The notes under the pieces are model-generated. The model was not told where the DNA came from. It was given only the letters and a program-made list of their open reading frames with translations, and did no database searches. A DNA stretch of 64,000 bases from Chthoniobacterales bacterium. Lineage in GTDB: Bacteria > Verrucomicrobiota > Verrucomicrobiia > Chthoniobacterales > Chthoniobacteraceae. Each line of letters begins with the position of its first letter. Position 1 is the stretch's first letter. A program made the translations under genes and the position numbers. Location: positions 64,001-128,000 of the forward strand of contig JBBQZX010000009.1 of assembly GCA_038207335.1 (NCBI GenBank), in the 5' to 3' direction. Below are positions 29,224 through 40,000 of this stretch, one piece after another.

Positions 29224-31977
29224 ATGTCCCCTGCACGCCTCCTCCTCCTCGCACTCTTCATCTCCACCGCCCGTGCCGCCGAGCCCGGCGCCACCCCCGC
29301 CTCCGAAATCACCGCCCCGCCCGGCTTCAAAGTCGAACTCCTCCGTTCAGCCGCCAAAAACGAAGGCTCCTGGGTCAGCATGGCCATCGACACCAAAGGC
29401 CGGCTCTACATTTCCCCGCAGGACGCCATCCCCGAGTCCGGCTTCAAGCGCGAGAGCAAGTGGGGTGGCCTCTGGCGCGCCACCCTCGACACCGCCGGCC
29501 ACATCACCGCCTGGGACAAAGTCCCCGTCCCCGTCGGCGGCGCCATGGGCATGCTCTGGGCCTTCGATTCCCTCTACGTCTCCGGCCAGGGCCCCGACGG
29601 CCAAGCCATCTACCGCCTCCGCGACACCGACGCCGACGACACCCTTGACACCGCCACACTTTTCAAGCGCATCCCCGGCGGCGGCGGCGAACACGGTGCC
29701 CACGCCCTCACCCTCAGCCCCGACGGCCAGTCCATCTACATCACCAATGGCAATGCCACCCCGCTCATCGACGGCATCTCGCCCGACTCCCCCTATCGCA
29801 ATTACGCCGAGGACATCCTCATCCCCCGCGTCATGGACCCCGTCGCCACCTTTTTTGACAAAATCAAAATCCCCTGCGGCCACATCCTCCGCACCGATGA
29901 AAACGGCACGCGGTGGGACCTCATCGCCGGCGGCCTCCGCAACGCCTACGACCTCGACTTCAACGCCGACGGCGAGCTCTTCACCTACGACAGCGACATG
30001 GAGTGGGACGTCGCCCTCCCGTGGTATCGCCCCACGCGCATCCTCCACATCGTCCCCGGCGGCGAATACGGCTTCCGCGAAGGCAACCAGAAGTGGCCCG
30101 AGACCTACGCCGACTCGCTCCCCGCGGCGGTGAATATCGGCCTGGGCTGCCCGACCGGCGCGAAATTCGGCACCCGCTCCACCTTCCCTGCTACTTATAA
30201 AAGCGCGTTCTTCGTGATGGACTGGACCTACGGGCGGCTGCTCGCCATCCACCTCCACGAGAAAGGCGCGAGCTACACTGCCTCCAATCCGCTCGCGAGC
30301 TACACCTCCCCCCGCGGCCCCGAGGCCAGTCAGGACGTGGAGGTCTTCCTCACGGGAAAAGGGATGCCGCTCACCGACATGGAGTTTGGGAAAGATGGGG
30401 CCATGTATCTCACCGTCGGCGGGCGCGGGACGCAGGGGGGGCTGTATCGGGTGAGCTGGGGTGGTGGCGAAGTTGTTAAAGCAGACATTGTTGAGCCCGA
30501 CCCGGTAGATGGAGTTTCGGAAGTCCGCATGGCTCGGGTTGGTCGTCAGATTGAGCACGAACTCGAGGAGGCGCGTGCCTACCGACACGCCCTTGAAACA
30601 GGCCTGACCTTTGCCAACCAAGCAGCGGACAAGATTCGCGCCGCAGAGACTGGCGACCGCTTTACTTACTTTGCCGCTCGGACGCTGGCTGAGAAATTGC
30701 CGCCCGACGACCTCCGCAAGCTCGCTTTGGAGCCCGCGCATGTCGCCGATGCCGGAACCATCGACGGCCCCAACGTGCCCTTGGTAAAGAACGCTCAACG
30801 AGTTCGCGCGCTCGACAGTTTGCAAGGCCTCCTCGCACTCGCGCGTGTCGGGGGGAAGGAGACGCAGGCGGACATTTTGGAAAGTCTCAAGAAGTTCCCC
30901 ATCGACTCCCTCAGCGAAGACCTCCAGCTCCTAAAGCTGCGCGTCCTGAAGGTGAGTTTTGCCCGGCAGGGGCGGCCTTCGCCCGAACTGGTCCAGATGG
31001 CCACGGAAAAGCTCCTCGCCCACTACCCGGCATCCACTTTCTCTCTGAACCGGGAGCTCAGCGAGCTCCTCGTCTGGCTCACCGGGGGCGAAAATGACCT
31101 TTCTCCTGCGAAAACAGGAGCCTCTCTTGCGAAGACAGAGCCCTCCGGCGTGAATGCTCACGGGCTCTTTTTCGCAAAGGCAAGGGGTGAAATCATCGCT
31201 CGCACACTGGATTTGATCGATCAGGCCCCCACCCAGGAAGAGCAAATCTGGTACGCCTGTATGCTCCGCGAGGCGCAGGGGTGGACGCCAGCCCAGCGCG
31301 ACCGCTACTTCGCGTGGTTCTCAAAGGCGGGCGGCTACTTTGGCGGCAATTCCCTCAAAAAATACATCGAGCGCATCCGCGACCAAGGCCTCGCCCACCT
31401 CCCCGCCGAAGCCCGCCCCGCCCTCCTCGCCCTCGCCACGGCACCCGCGCCCGCCCTGCAACCCGCAGCCCCCGCCATCGTCCGCACCTTCCAAAAAGCC
31501 TACACCATGGCCGACCTCGACCCCGACCTCCCGCGCCTACCCACCGGACGCAATCTCGCCCGCGGACGCGAGATTTTCGCCAGCGCCCAATGCCTGGCTT
31601 GCCACCACTTTGGCCAGCAGGGCGGCAACGTCGGCCCCGACCTCAGTGCCGTGGGCTCGCGCTTCCAGCTGCGCGACATCCTCGAGGCGATCGTCGATCC
31701 CTCCAAAGTCATCAGCGACCAATACGCCACCGTCACATTCACCATGAAAGGCGGCGACAGCTACGTCGGCCAAATCGCCAGCGAGAACAACTACAGCTAC
31801 GACGCGATCGTGAACCCCGTCACCGGCGAGCACAAACTCATCGTCAAAACCGCCCTCGAGAAAAAGGAAGTCTCCAAGACCTCCCTCATGCCCCCCGGCC
31901 TCATCAACACCCTCACCCCCGATGAAATCCTGGACCTCCTCGCCTACCTCCAAGCCGGCCCCGCCGCCGCAAAGTAG
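29224..31977 (+). CDS. PVC-type heme-binding protein (dehydrogenase-like beta-propeller plus C-terminal cytochrome c)
   Basis: Signal peptide; PPGFKVELL, GLRNAYD and DSDMEWD; CLACHH heme motif; GPDLS, SLMPPGL and DLLAYL. Confidence 0.88.
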   Translation: MSPARLLLLALFISTARAAEPGATPASEITAPPGFKVELLRSAAKNEGSWVSMAIDTKGRLYISPQDAIPESGFKRESKWGGLWRATLDTAGHITAWDKVPVPVGGAMGMLWAFDSLYVSGQGPDGQAIYRLRDTDADDTLDTATLFKRIPGGGGEHGAHALTLSPDGQSIYITNGNATPLIDGISPDSPYRNYAEDILIPRVMDPVATFFDKIKIPCGHILRTDENGTRWDLIAGGLRNAYDLDFNADGELFTYDSDMEWDVALPWYRPTRILHIVPGGEYGFREGNQKWPETYADSLPAAVNIGLGCPTGAKFGTRSTFPATYKSAFFVMDWTYGRLLAIHLHEKGASYTASNPLASYTSPRGPEASQDVEVFLTGKGMPLTDMEFGKDGAMYLTVGGRGTQGGLYRVSWGGGEVVKADIVEPDPVDGVSEVRMARVGRQIEHELEEARAYRHALETGLTFANQAADKIRAAETGDRFTYFAARTLAEKLPPDDLRKLALEPAHVADAGTIDGPNVPLVKNAQRVRALDSLQGLLALARVGGKETQADILESLKKFPIDSLSEDLQLLKLRVLKVSFARQGRPSPELVQMATEKLLAHYPASTFSLNRELSELLVWLTGGENDLSPAKTGASLAKTEPSGVNAHGLFFAKARGEIIARTLDLIDQAPTQEEQIWYACMLREAQGWTPAQRDRYFAWFSKAGGYFGGNSLKKYIERIRDQGLAHLPAEARPALLALATAPAPALQPAAPAIVRTFQKAYTMADLDPDLPRLPTGRNLARGREIFASAQCLACHHFGQQGGNVGPDLSAVGSRFQLRDILEAIVDPSKVISDQYATVTFTMKGGDSYVGQIASENNYSYDAIVNPVTGEHKLIVKTALEKKEVSKTSLMPPGLINTLTPDEILDLLAYLQAGPAAAK

Positions 31978-32012
31978 CGCGCACCGACTCGGCGCCTTTC
32001 CTGCGCGCCCTT

Positions 32013-32726
32013 TTACTTCCGGTCCGCCGCGGCCGCTTGCGGCAACTTCGCCTGCTCCAGCAGCGATGCCCGAAGCTGATGCAGTTCCGCATTTTTCGGC
32101 TGCGCCGCAATAGCCGCGGAAATCGCCTGGAGCGCATCGTACCAGTAGCCTGCCTGTGCAAATAGAACGGCGCGGTCCGCAGGCGAAGCGGATGTGACTT
32201 TCTCACTGAGTTCCGCAGGCTCTTCGACGCGCTTGATCATCCCGCTGGCGATCACGTCTTTCGACCGGTTCTTCGGGTCGGCGATCAGCGCGACGCTCCA
32301 CTGGTAGGCGACGCCGGGCGCGAGCGAGACGTTGTAGCGCGCGAGCGAGACGCTGCGAATGCCGGCTTTTTCCGCGGAACCGCCGCCGATGTTGAGCAGG
32401 GGCTTCGCCTTTTTCGGCTCGGTCAGCGTGAGCTCGAATTGCGCCTTTGACGGCAATGTCTGGAACCAAAACAGCGACGGCTGTGCCTGCGTCGTGAGCG
32501 CGAGATGCTCAGGCACGAGGACGTAAAGGGACGGGAGCTTTTCGCCGCTTCCGCGCGAGCCGCCGTCGCCGTCCATGCGGGAGCCGCCGGTGGTTTTCGG
32601 CGGCGTGTATTTGAGAGCGCCGAGTTTCTTGGGCGGCGCGGGAGGAGCGGCGGGCGCGGGTTTTTCCTCCGCGAAAATGGCAGGACCAAATGCGATGACG
32701 GCAGCGAGTGTGAGGAGCGTTTTCAT
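32013..32726 (-). CDS. DUF928 domain secreted protein
   Basis: Signal peptide; GGSRG, LTTQAQPSLFW, YQWSVAL, AGYWYDAL and RASLLEQ motifs. Confidence 0.85.
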   Translation of the reverse strand: MKTLLTLAAVIAFGPAIFAEEKPAPAAPPAPPKKLGALKYTPPKTTGGSRMDGDGGSRGSGEKLPSLYVLVPEHLALTTQAQPSLFWFQTLPSKAQFELTLTEPKKAKPLLNIGGGSAEKAGIRSVSLARYNVSLAPGVAYQWSVALIADPKNRSKDVIASGMIKRVEEPAELSEKVTSASPADRAVLFAQAGYWYDALQAISAAIAAQPKNAELHQLRASLLEQAKLPQAAAADRK

Positions 32727-32738
32727 GGCGGGGGTTTT

Positions 32739-34691
32739 CTAGGACGCGGAGGCGATGACTCGATGCACGATGATCTTGTCCGCCTTGCCTTTCAAGCTCA
32801 TCGCACCGAGGGCGATCGTGCGGTATTTGCCGCGCAGTCGCTCGAATGTGGAGTCGCCGATGAGGATCGTACAGGGGCTCACGGGCATGTCGGGGCCGAC
32901 AGCTTCCTTCCCCGCGCTCTCGAGCCGCGCGGCGGTGTTCACGATGTCGCCGAGCACGGTGAATTCCATGCGCTCCGAAGTGCCTAGACTGCCCGCGACA
33001 AGCGGGCCCGTGTAGATGCCGACGCGCATCTCGGTGGTGGGCAAACCATCTCGCCGCCAGCCTTCGTTGAGTCCGATCAAAGTCTGCTCCATCGCCAGCG
33101 CGCACTTTACCGCGCTCGCCGCGTCGTGGTCTTTGCCGGCCTCGTCCTCGCTCGGGATCGGCGCGCCGAAGACCGCCATGATCGCGTCGCCGATGAATTT
33201 GTTCACCATCCCGCCGTTCGCCTCGACGTGACTGCCGACGGCGTCGAAGTAGTGGTTCATCCAGTCCATCAGCGTCGCCGGGTCCATCTTTTCCGACGTG
33301 GTGGAAAAGCCCTTGAGGTCGGTGAAAAGCACGGTCGCGGTGATGCGTTTCGCCTGCATCCGGCCTCCGTCGAGGAAGGCTTCGCGATTCGCCCACAGCT
33401 CGTCGGCGACTTTCCTGGAGACGTGTTTTGAAAAGAGCGACTGCATCGCGCCGCGCTCGCTGCTTTCCAAATATGCGGTGAAGGAAGTGACAAAAGTCGC
33501 GGCCACTGCGCAACCGAGCGCGGGCGCGGCAACGAGAATCCAGACGCCGTGCGCATACATCTGCCAGCCTGCGAGGCCAATCGCGCCTACGAGCAGCGCG
33601 AGCGCCAGCGCGAGCTTCCACGGCGAACGGAAACGCAGGCCGATCGCACCTCCCAAAAGCGTGGCCGCTGCGATCCAAAGCGTCTCCGCCCAATCGGGCC
33701 ACCACGTCGTCGGTGCCTCGCCATCGAGCGCGCCGCGGAGGAGCTGATTGGTCATCATGACGTGCTGCTGCACGCCGCGGAAGTTGTCGTCGATCGGCGT
33801 TGGGTTGCTGTCCTTGATGCTCTGCATGACGGTCGCCATGACGACGATTTTCCCGGCGAGCGCGCCCGCCGGCAGGCGGCCTTCGATCACGTCGCCGAAG
33901 CTGTAATCGTACGGCGTATTTGTTCCGTATTGGCCGTATTTATCTTCCACTCGGAAGCGTCGTGGAGCCTTGAAATCAACGAGATACTCGTAGTCGCGCA
34001 CCTTCAATCCGACGTATCCGCCAGCATTCGGCGTGAGCCGCGGGAAGACGGTTTTGCCGAGCTTCAGCAGCGGCGCGCCGTCCGGTCCCGGAACGAGTTC
34101 CGCCTCAACTCCGTGCTCCGTGAGATACCGCCGAGCGACCGCGAGGCTCAAGCTTTCCTCCGGCTCCGGCACGCCGCTTTCGACCAGCAGCGGCCCGCGC
34201 CGATACAAGCCATCGACGCCGTAGTCTTTGATCAAATTATTTGCCGCCACGCGCTCCGTCTCCGCGAGCGCAGGCGACGCTTTCACGAATCCGACGCGCT
34301 CGATCCCGACCACGCGCTCGAGCTTTTTGAGCGCGCTTTCGAGCTGCGGAAAAAGCGAGCCGTTCCGCGGTTCGGGGAGGTCGCGATACATGTCGAGGCC
34401 GATCACGGCGGGTTGTTGCGCGGCGACGCCTTCGAGCACGCGCGCGAGCATCGCGTCGTCGAGCGGGAAGCCGTACCGCACGAGATCGTCCTCAGTCATG
34501 CCGACGATCGCGATGCGGTCGTCGGTCGATGCGGGCCGCGCATCGAGTTTGATGAAGGCGTCGTAAGCAATCAATTCCGGGCGCTGGAGCCAGCCGCTCG
34601 CACGCACGCCGAGCACGACTGCGAGCACGAGCAGGCTGATGAGCGCGCACGCGACCCACGGGATGTGCAGCGCTTTTCTGAGGGCCTTCAA
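32739..34691 (-). CDS. CHASE2-domain class III adenylate cyclase
   Basis: TM-CHASE2 (ELIAYD, VIGLDMYRD, GKIVV) followed by 3 TM; FTDLKGFS, KFIGDAIMA, RVGIYTG and FTVLGDIVNTAARLE motifs. Confidence 0.92.
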   Translation of the reverse strand: MKALRKALHIPWVACALISLLVLAVVLGVRASGWLQRPELIAYDAFIKLDARPASTDDRIAIVGMTEDDLVRYGFPLDDAMLARVLEGVAAQQPAVIGLDMYRDLPEPRNGSLFPQLESALKKLERVVGIERVGFVKASPALAETERVAANNLIKDYGVDGLYRRGPLLVESGVPEPEESLSLAVARRYLTEHGVEAELVPGPDGAPLLKLGKTVFPRLTPNAGGYVGLKVRDYEYLVDFKAPRRFRVEDKYGQYGTNTPYDYSFGDVIEGRLPAGALAGKIVVMATVMQSIKDSNPTPIDDNFRGVQQHVMMTNQLLRGALDGEAPTTWWPDWAETLWIAAATLLGGAIGLRFRSPWKLALALALLVGAIGLAGWQMYAHGVWILVAAPALGCAVAATFVTSFTAYLESSERGAMQSLFSKHVSRKVADELWANREAFLDGGRMQAKRITATVLFTDLKGFSTTSEKMDPATLMDWMNHYFDAVGSHVEANGGMVNKFIGDAIMAVFGAPIPSEDEAGKDHDAASAVKCALAMEQTLIGLNEGWRRDGLPTTEMRVGIYTGPLVAGSLGTSERMEFTVLGDIVNTAARLESAGKEAVGPDMPVSPCTILIGDSTFERLRGKYRTIALGAMSLKGKADKIIVHRVIASAS

Positions 34692-34697
34692 AGCGGA

Positions 34698-37019
34698 TCA
34701 GAGCCAGTTGCCGATGATGAGATACGGCGCCCAGAGGCACGGGTGGGCGTAGCGCGGATCGTTCAGCAGCTTGATCTGCGCGCCTTGCAGCGCTTTGGCT
34801 TTGGAGAGATTCGGGTCGTCGTGCAGCGCGGTGTAAAAGTCGATGATGAGCTTCGTCGAAGCCTCGTCATTCACGAACCACAGCGTCGCGAATGCGCTCC
34901 GCGCGCCCGCCTTGATCGCAATGCCCGCAAGCCCGAGCGCGGCGCGATCGTCGCCCGCCGCGGTCTGGCAAGCGCTCAGCGAGAGCAACTCCACCGGCTG
35001 ATCGCGGAGCTGGCTTGGGCGGATCATTTGCTCGAGCTGATTGAGTGAAAGTTCGCCGTCGTACGTCAGAACGAACGTCTTCTTCACATCGGCATTGAAC
35101 TCCCCGTGCGACGCAATGTGGACGATCGAATACGGCTTCTCCGCGAATCCCTTCGTCACACGATCCGTGAGAAACGTCCCATTCATCAGCGGCTCGCCAC
35201 CATACAGCGACTGCAACTGGCTCACTTCTTTTTCCACGAACGGCAGCGCCGCGAACTCCGCGCCGTCGCGATTCACAGCCTTGGAGAGCCCGTTCACCAT
35301 CAGCGAGACATTCCCGCGCTTGATCGGCTTCGGCTCCATGAGCGTGAGCCCCGGCGTCACGGCGACCGCATATTTCTCGATGAGAAAATGCTCACCGTCG
35401 TGCAGCGCGGACATCGGAATTGTCCGCAGAGCGCCATCCGGCACGAAGACCAGCGTGTCGATTTTGTGCTCCGCGAGCATCGGCTCCAGAGGCTTGATGA
35501 GCCACGTGTAGAGCTGCTGCGCCTCCGCGAGATATTCGTAAGTCGTCCGTTTTTCGAGATGGATGCGGAAGTCGCGGATCACGTCCGTGAGCTGCTCCGT
35601 CCCGACCGGCGCCTTCACGCGCTGAAGCCCGTCCTTGAGGCTCACGAGCAGCTCCGTGCGATCCGGCAGCGGGATGAGATACACGACCGCGGCGGTCGCC
35701 GATATGCCCTCGATGGTTTTCCTTTTCGACTGCAAAAGATTCACGCAGTCGTCCTGAAAATAGTCCTCGAGCTCGACCGATTTCAGCAGCTCGCAGGTGT
35801 CGCGCGCCTCGATCAGCGCAGCCGTGCGCGCCTTGTCATCCGCGAGTCCATCCGCGCGCTGCAGCAGCAAATCCGCGAGCCCGAAAAACACGCCACCGAC
35901 CTCCACCCGAAACGACGAGTGCGCGTTCACATTGCCGAGCCGGATCGTGAGGTCGTTGCGGATTTGCGACAGGCTCTTGATCGAGCGCCGGTAGTCCGCG
36001 ATCGCGTCGTCGCGCCGCCCCTCCGCGCGGTCGAGCCGCGCCGTCTGCCACTCCCATCGATACAGCGCCTCGCGCGAGCGCGACTGCTGCGCTAGGAAGG
36101 CCGCGCGACGCGTGAGTCGCAGAGCCTCCGCATATTTTTTCTCCTGTTCGTAAAGATGCCCGGCATACCCGAGCCCGTACGAGAGTGCGCGGTCATCGCC
36201 CACGTTCTCCGCCACCTTCATCGCCGCCTCGTAAGCCTTCATCGCATCGCCACGCCGCTTGTTGTCATGCGCGGGAGCATTTTCAAAGAGCAACTCCCAG
36301 GTCTTCCCGGCGCGCAGCAGCGCGAACGCCTTGTCATGCGAATCCGGCAACGCCTCCGCCGCCTTGATCGCAGCTGCATTCAGCGCCGCCGCGTGTGAAA
36401 AATCACCGCCCGCCACTGCTGCGTTCGCGAGGCTCCCGCGCGCCTGCGCCGTGAGCACGGCATCGCCGCCAGCCATCGCCGCGGCGATCGTCTCGCGGAA
36501 GACGCCCGCCGCCTCCGCATCGCGTTCCTGCGCTGCGAGCAGGCTGCCGAGATTATTCAGCGCAGTCGCTTGCGCCGCCTTGCTCCCGGATTTCTGCGCG
36601 AGCTTCACCGCCTCGCGGAGTTTCTCTTCCGCGCCCGCCGCGTTGCGCGAAAAGGTGTTCAGCGCACCGAGATCCGCGAGCACCGCAGCCGTCCGCGCCT
36701 CGTCTTTGATCTCCTTCGCGAGGCTCAGCGCATCGCCGAGCGCCTCCATCGCCAGCCGATGCTGCCCGAGCGAATGATACACGCCGCCGAGCTGTTCCAG
36801 CGCATCGCATTGCCCCGTGCTGTCGCCCTTCTTCCGGCAAAGCTCAGCCGCCTTTTTCAAGTCCACGATCGCCGCCTCGAATTCCCCGCCACTCACCGCC
36901 TTCTCCGCCGAAGCGGTGAGCTGCTCCGCCGTCAGAGCCCCGAGCGAAACCCCCGCGCCACAAAGGCAAGCCAGCACCCCGACGGTAATGAAAAGACTGA
37001 GTGCGCGTGGGGCGTGCAT
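34698..37019 (-). CDS. Secreted TPR + CHAT (caspase-like, HetF-associated) protease
   Basis: Signal peptide; TPRs; LVFVPDG.L, HIASHG (catalytic His), LSACQTA (catalytic Cys), ATLWFVND and HP..WAPY. Confidence 0.92.
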   Translation of the reverse strand: MHAPRALSLFITVGVLACLCGAGVSLGALTAEQLTASAEKAVSGGEFEAAIVDLKKAAELCRKKGDSTGQCDALEQLGGVYHSLGQHRLAMEALGDALSLAKEIKDEARTAAVLADLGALNTFSRNAAGAEEKLREAVKLAQKSGSKAAQATALNNLGSLLAAQERDAEAAGVFRETIAAAMAGGDAVLTAQARGSLANAAVAGGDFSHAAALNAAAIKAAEALPDSHDKAFALLRAGKTWELLFENAPAHDNKRRGDAMKAYEAAMKVAENVGDDRALSYGLGYAGHLYEQEKKYAEALRLTRRAAFLAQQSRSREALYRWEWQTARLDRAEGRRDDAIADYRRSIKSLSQIRNDLTIRLGNVNAHSSFRVEVGGVFFGLADLLLQRADGLADDKARTAALIEARDTCELLKSVELEDYFQDDCVNLLQSKRKTIEGISATAAVVYLIPLPDRTELLVSLKDGLQRVKAPVGTEQLTDVIRDFRIHLEKRTTYEYLAEAQQLYTWLIKPLEPMLAEHKIDTLVFVPDGALRTIPMSALHDGEHFLIEKYAVAVTPGLTLMEPKPIKRGNVSLMVNGLSKAVNRDGAEFAALPFVEKEVSQLQSLYGGEPLMNGTFLTDRVTKGFAEKPYSIVHIASHGEFNADVKKTFVLTYDGELSLNQLEQMIRPSQLRDQPVELLSLSACQTAAGDDRAALGLAGIAIKAGARSAFATLWFVNDEASTKLIIDFYTALHDDPNLSKAKALQGAQIKLLNDPRYAHPCLWAPYLIIGNWL

Positions 37020-37082
37020 GGCTGCGGGAGACTATTCAAAGATTCGCTCCTCGGCGCAACGCCGTTGCGCGCGCTCGACTCG

Positions 37083-40000
37083 TCAATTTCCGCTCGCGAC
37101 GCCTTCGATGGAGAGGAATTCGCCGCCGTATTTGACGGTGCCGAGCTGGAGCGGGTTTTCGAGGCCGAGTCCACCGAGGAGAGGCGCGGGCTCTTGCAGG
37201 AATTCGCTGCGGAGGGTCTGGAACAGGAACTGCCCGGGATTGATCGCGGCGGGGGAGTAGTAGGCGCGGAGATCGTGCCCGCGCGTGTCGCCAAAAGAGT
37301 AGGGGGCATTCACCTGCGTGATCCGCACGTCGCTCGGGTAGTCGCGGATGACGGAGCTCGGGAAGCTGGCGAGCCAGTTGCCGCCGGCATCCACGATGAC
37401 TGTCTGCGAGCCGATGCGGTCGCCGTTCGCGTTGTAGAGATCGATGCGGAGCGTGGCGCCGGGGTCGGCTTCGCCGGAGTAAATCGGCGCAATCGGCAGC
37501 AGCGCGTCGCGCCAAATGTCGATCGTGCCGAGGTGTCCGTCGAAGTCGGGCCTCTTCGGCGGAAGCGCGAAATTATTGAAGCTGTCGTAGGCGAAGAAGG
37601 TGAGGCCATTCGGCACAGCCGGCACGCGGTCGAGCCGGATGGTGCGGTCGGCGCTGTCGAAGTAATCGTTCAGCGGATCGCCGCCGCCGAATGTCCCGCT
37701 GCGCTCGTTTGCATTCGCGCCGGGGAGGCTGGTCCAGACGATCTCGGCGTGGTTGACGGCGGAGGAAACCGGCGCGGTGACGCGCACCTGATAGGTCACC
37801 GTCGCGGTCGCACCTTCAGCGAGTCGCGCGAGCGTGATGTCGATCGTGTTGCCGCTGCTGCTGTCGGCGGAGGTCGTCGCGCCATTCACCCGCACGCTCC
37901 CGGCAACGAGCTGCAGCCCATTTGGCAGCGTGTCGCGGAGGTGCAGTTCGAATGCGTCCGCGCCATTCGCACCGGCGACGTTCTTGATCGTGATCGTGAA
38001 AGTCACGGTCTGCCCGACCTGCGCGGTGGCGCGATCCGCGGTCTTCGTGAGCTGCACATCCGGCTCGACGACGCGAGCGCGCACGGTGTTCGAGGTGCTG
38101 CCGGGGACGCCGACCGGCGCGTCCTCCGCGACACCGTCGCCCGTCACGTCGTAGCGCAGCGCAAAGCTGTTATCGAGCGCCGCGCTCGTCTGGTTGCGGG
38201 CTTCATTGAGCACGCGCTCGTTGAATTCCACGACGAGCTGAGTCACCGCGCCGTTCTGCCCTGCGACCGTTCCGATTTTGAAAAACACATCCGTCCCGCT
38301 GCGGTAGCGGTCGTCGTTCGTCGTTGCGTTCGCGGAGATTTGCTCGTCGGTGAGCAGCGTGCTGGCGCCCGGCGTGTTGTTCAAAATGAACGTCGCGGTC
38401 GCAGTCGCATCGTTGAGGAAAACGAGGCCGTTCGGCAGAAAATCGCGGAGCTGGAAATCCGTGAGAGTGCCGTCCGGCGGAATGTTCGCCGTCAGCCGGT
38501 AGCGCACGATTTCGCCGATCGCAAGATTGGCTCCGGTGGTGTGCGCGGCGTTGGTGGAGGTAATGCTTTTCACGAAACCGAAGGGGAAGATTTCCGCGAA
38601 GTTGTATCCCGTTGCGTTCACCGCCGCGCCGAGGCCGATGTTCGAGATGCGGTCGTTCCTGAGTATGAGACCGCCGACGGAACCGGGCGTGTCGATGCCG
38701 TCGAGGTAGGAGCCGGGCTGCGTCTCGGTGATGGCATAATTCCCCGCGAGCAGCAGCGTGAAAGTGTATGTACCGTCCGGGCCAGTCGTCTGCGTAATGG
38801 AATTGGGCAGCCCGTTCACGTCCGTGCCGGTCAGGGTCACGGTCGTATTGAAGATGCCCGCATCGACGCCATCGAGCAGTCCGTTGTTGTTGTCGTCGCG
38901 GAAAACTCGGCCCGAAATGCTCCCGGTCGTTTCGCCGAAATCCAGTCCGTTCAAGCCCTGGAGTGGCACGGCGACCGGCAGTGAATTCGGCGTGCTCGAT
39001 CCGTAGCCTGCGGGCTGCGTCTCCTCGATCGTGTAATTTCCGACCGCGAGCCCATCGAACGAGTAGGTGCCGTCCGGGTTCGTCATCGTCGTCGCGACGA
39101 CCACGCCATTGTTGTCGCGGAGGTTCAGCGTGACGCCGCCGATGCCCGGCTCGGTGCCGGTGATCGACCCGCTGAGATCGTCGTCGCGGAAAACCGTGCC
39201 TGTCAGCGACGCGCCGACTTCGTCAAAGGTGTAGCCCGTCGCGTCGATGCCGCCGTTCAGTGCGATGCCGGTCGTCACGTCATTTCCCGCGATGCCGCCC
39301 GCCGTGCCGGCCATGTCGAGCCCGTCGTTGTAGGCCGCGGGCTGATCTTCGGTGATCATGTAGGTGCCATTGAAAAGTCCGCCAAACGAGTAGCTCCCAT
39401 CGCTCGCCGTCATCGTGTTCAGCGCGACCGCGATGCCGCTCGCCGAGGTGCCCGTGAGATGCACCGCGACGCTGCCGATGCCGCGCTCGCTCGTGCCGCG
39501 GACGCCGTCGTTATTCCCATCGACGAAGACCGATCCCGCGACGCTGTTCAGCGTCTCGCCGAAATTGTTCCCGTCATTCACCATCCCGCTCGCGACTGTG
39601 ATTCCAGCGATCGTATTCGGCGTGTCGGAGCCGTAGTCGATCGGCTGATTTTCCACCACCGAGTATCCGCTGCCGGCGGGGACGTTGTTGAAAATGTAAC
39701 TCCCGTCCGGGTTCGTCGTCGTCAACCCGATCAAGTTTCCATTCACGTCGAGCAGCGTGAACTGCACACCGCCGACTCCTGCCTCGCCACCGGTGAGCGT
39801 CATGTCGCGATTCGTATCGACGAAGACCGTGCCGGTGATCGCGCCGGTGCCCGGATTACTCACCAGCGTTTCACCGAAATTGTAGCCCGTCTCGTTCGTC
39901 CCTGCGCCGAGTCCGATGCCCGAGATCACGTCGTTCACGAGTGTGCTGCCGCCCGCCGTGCCCGCCGTCTCAGCTCCGTCGGTGTAGGCCGCTGGCTGCG

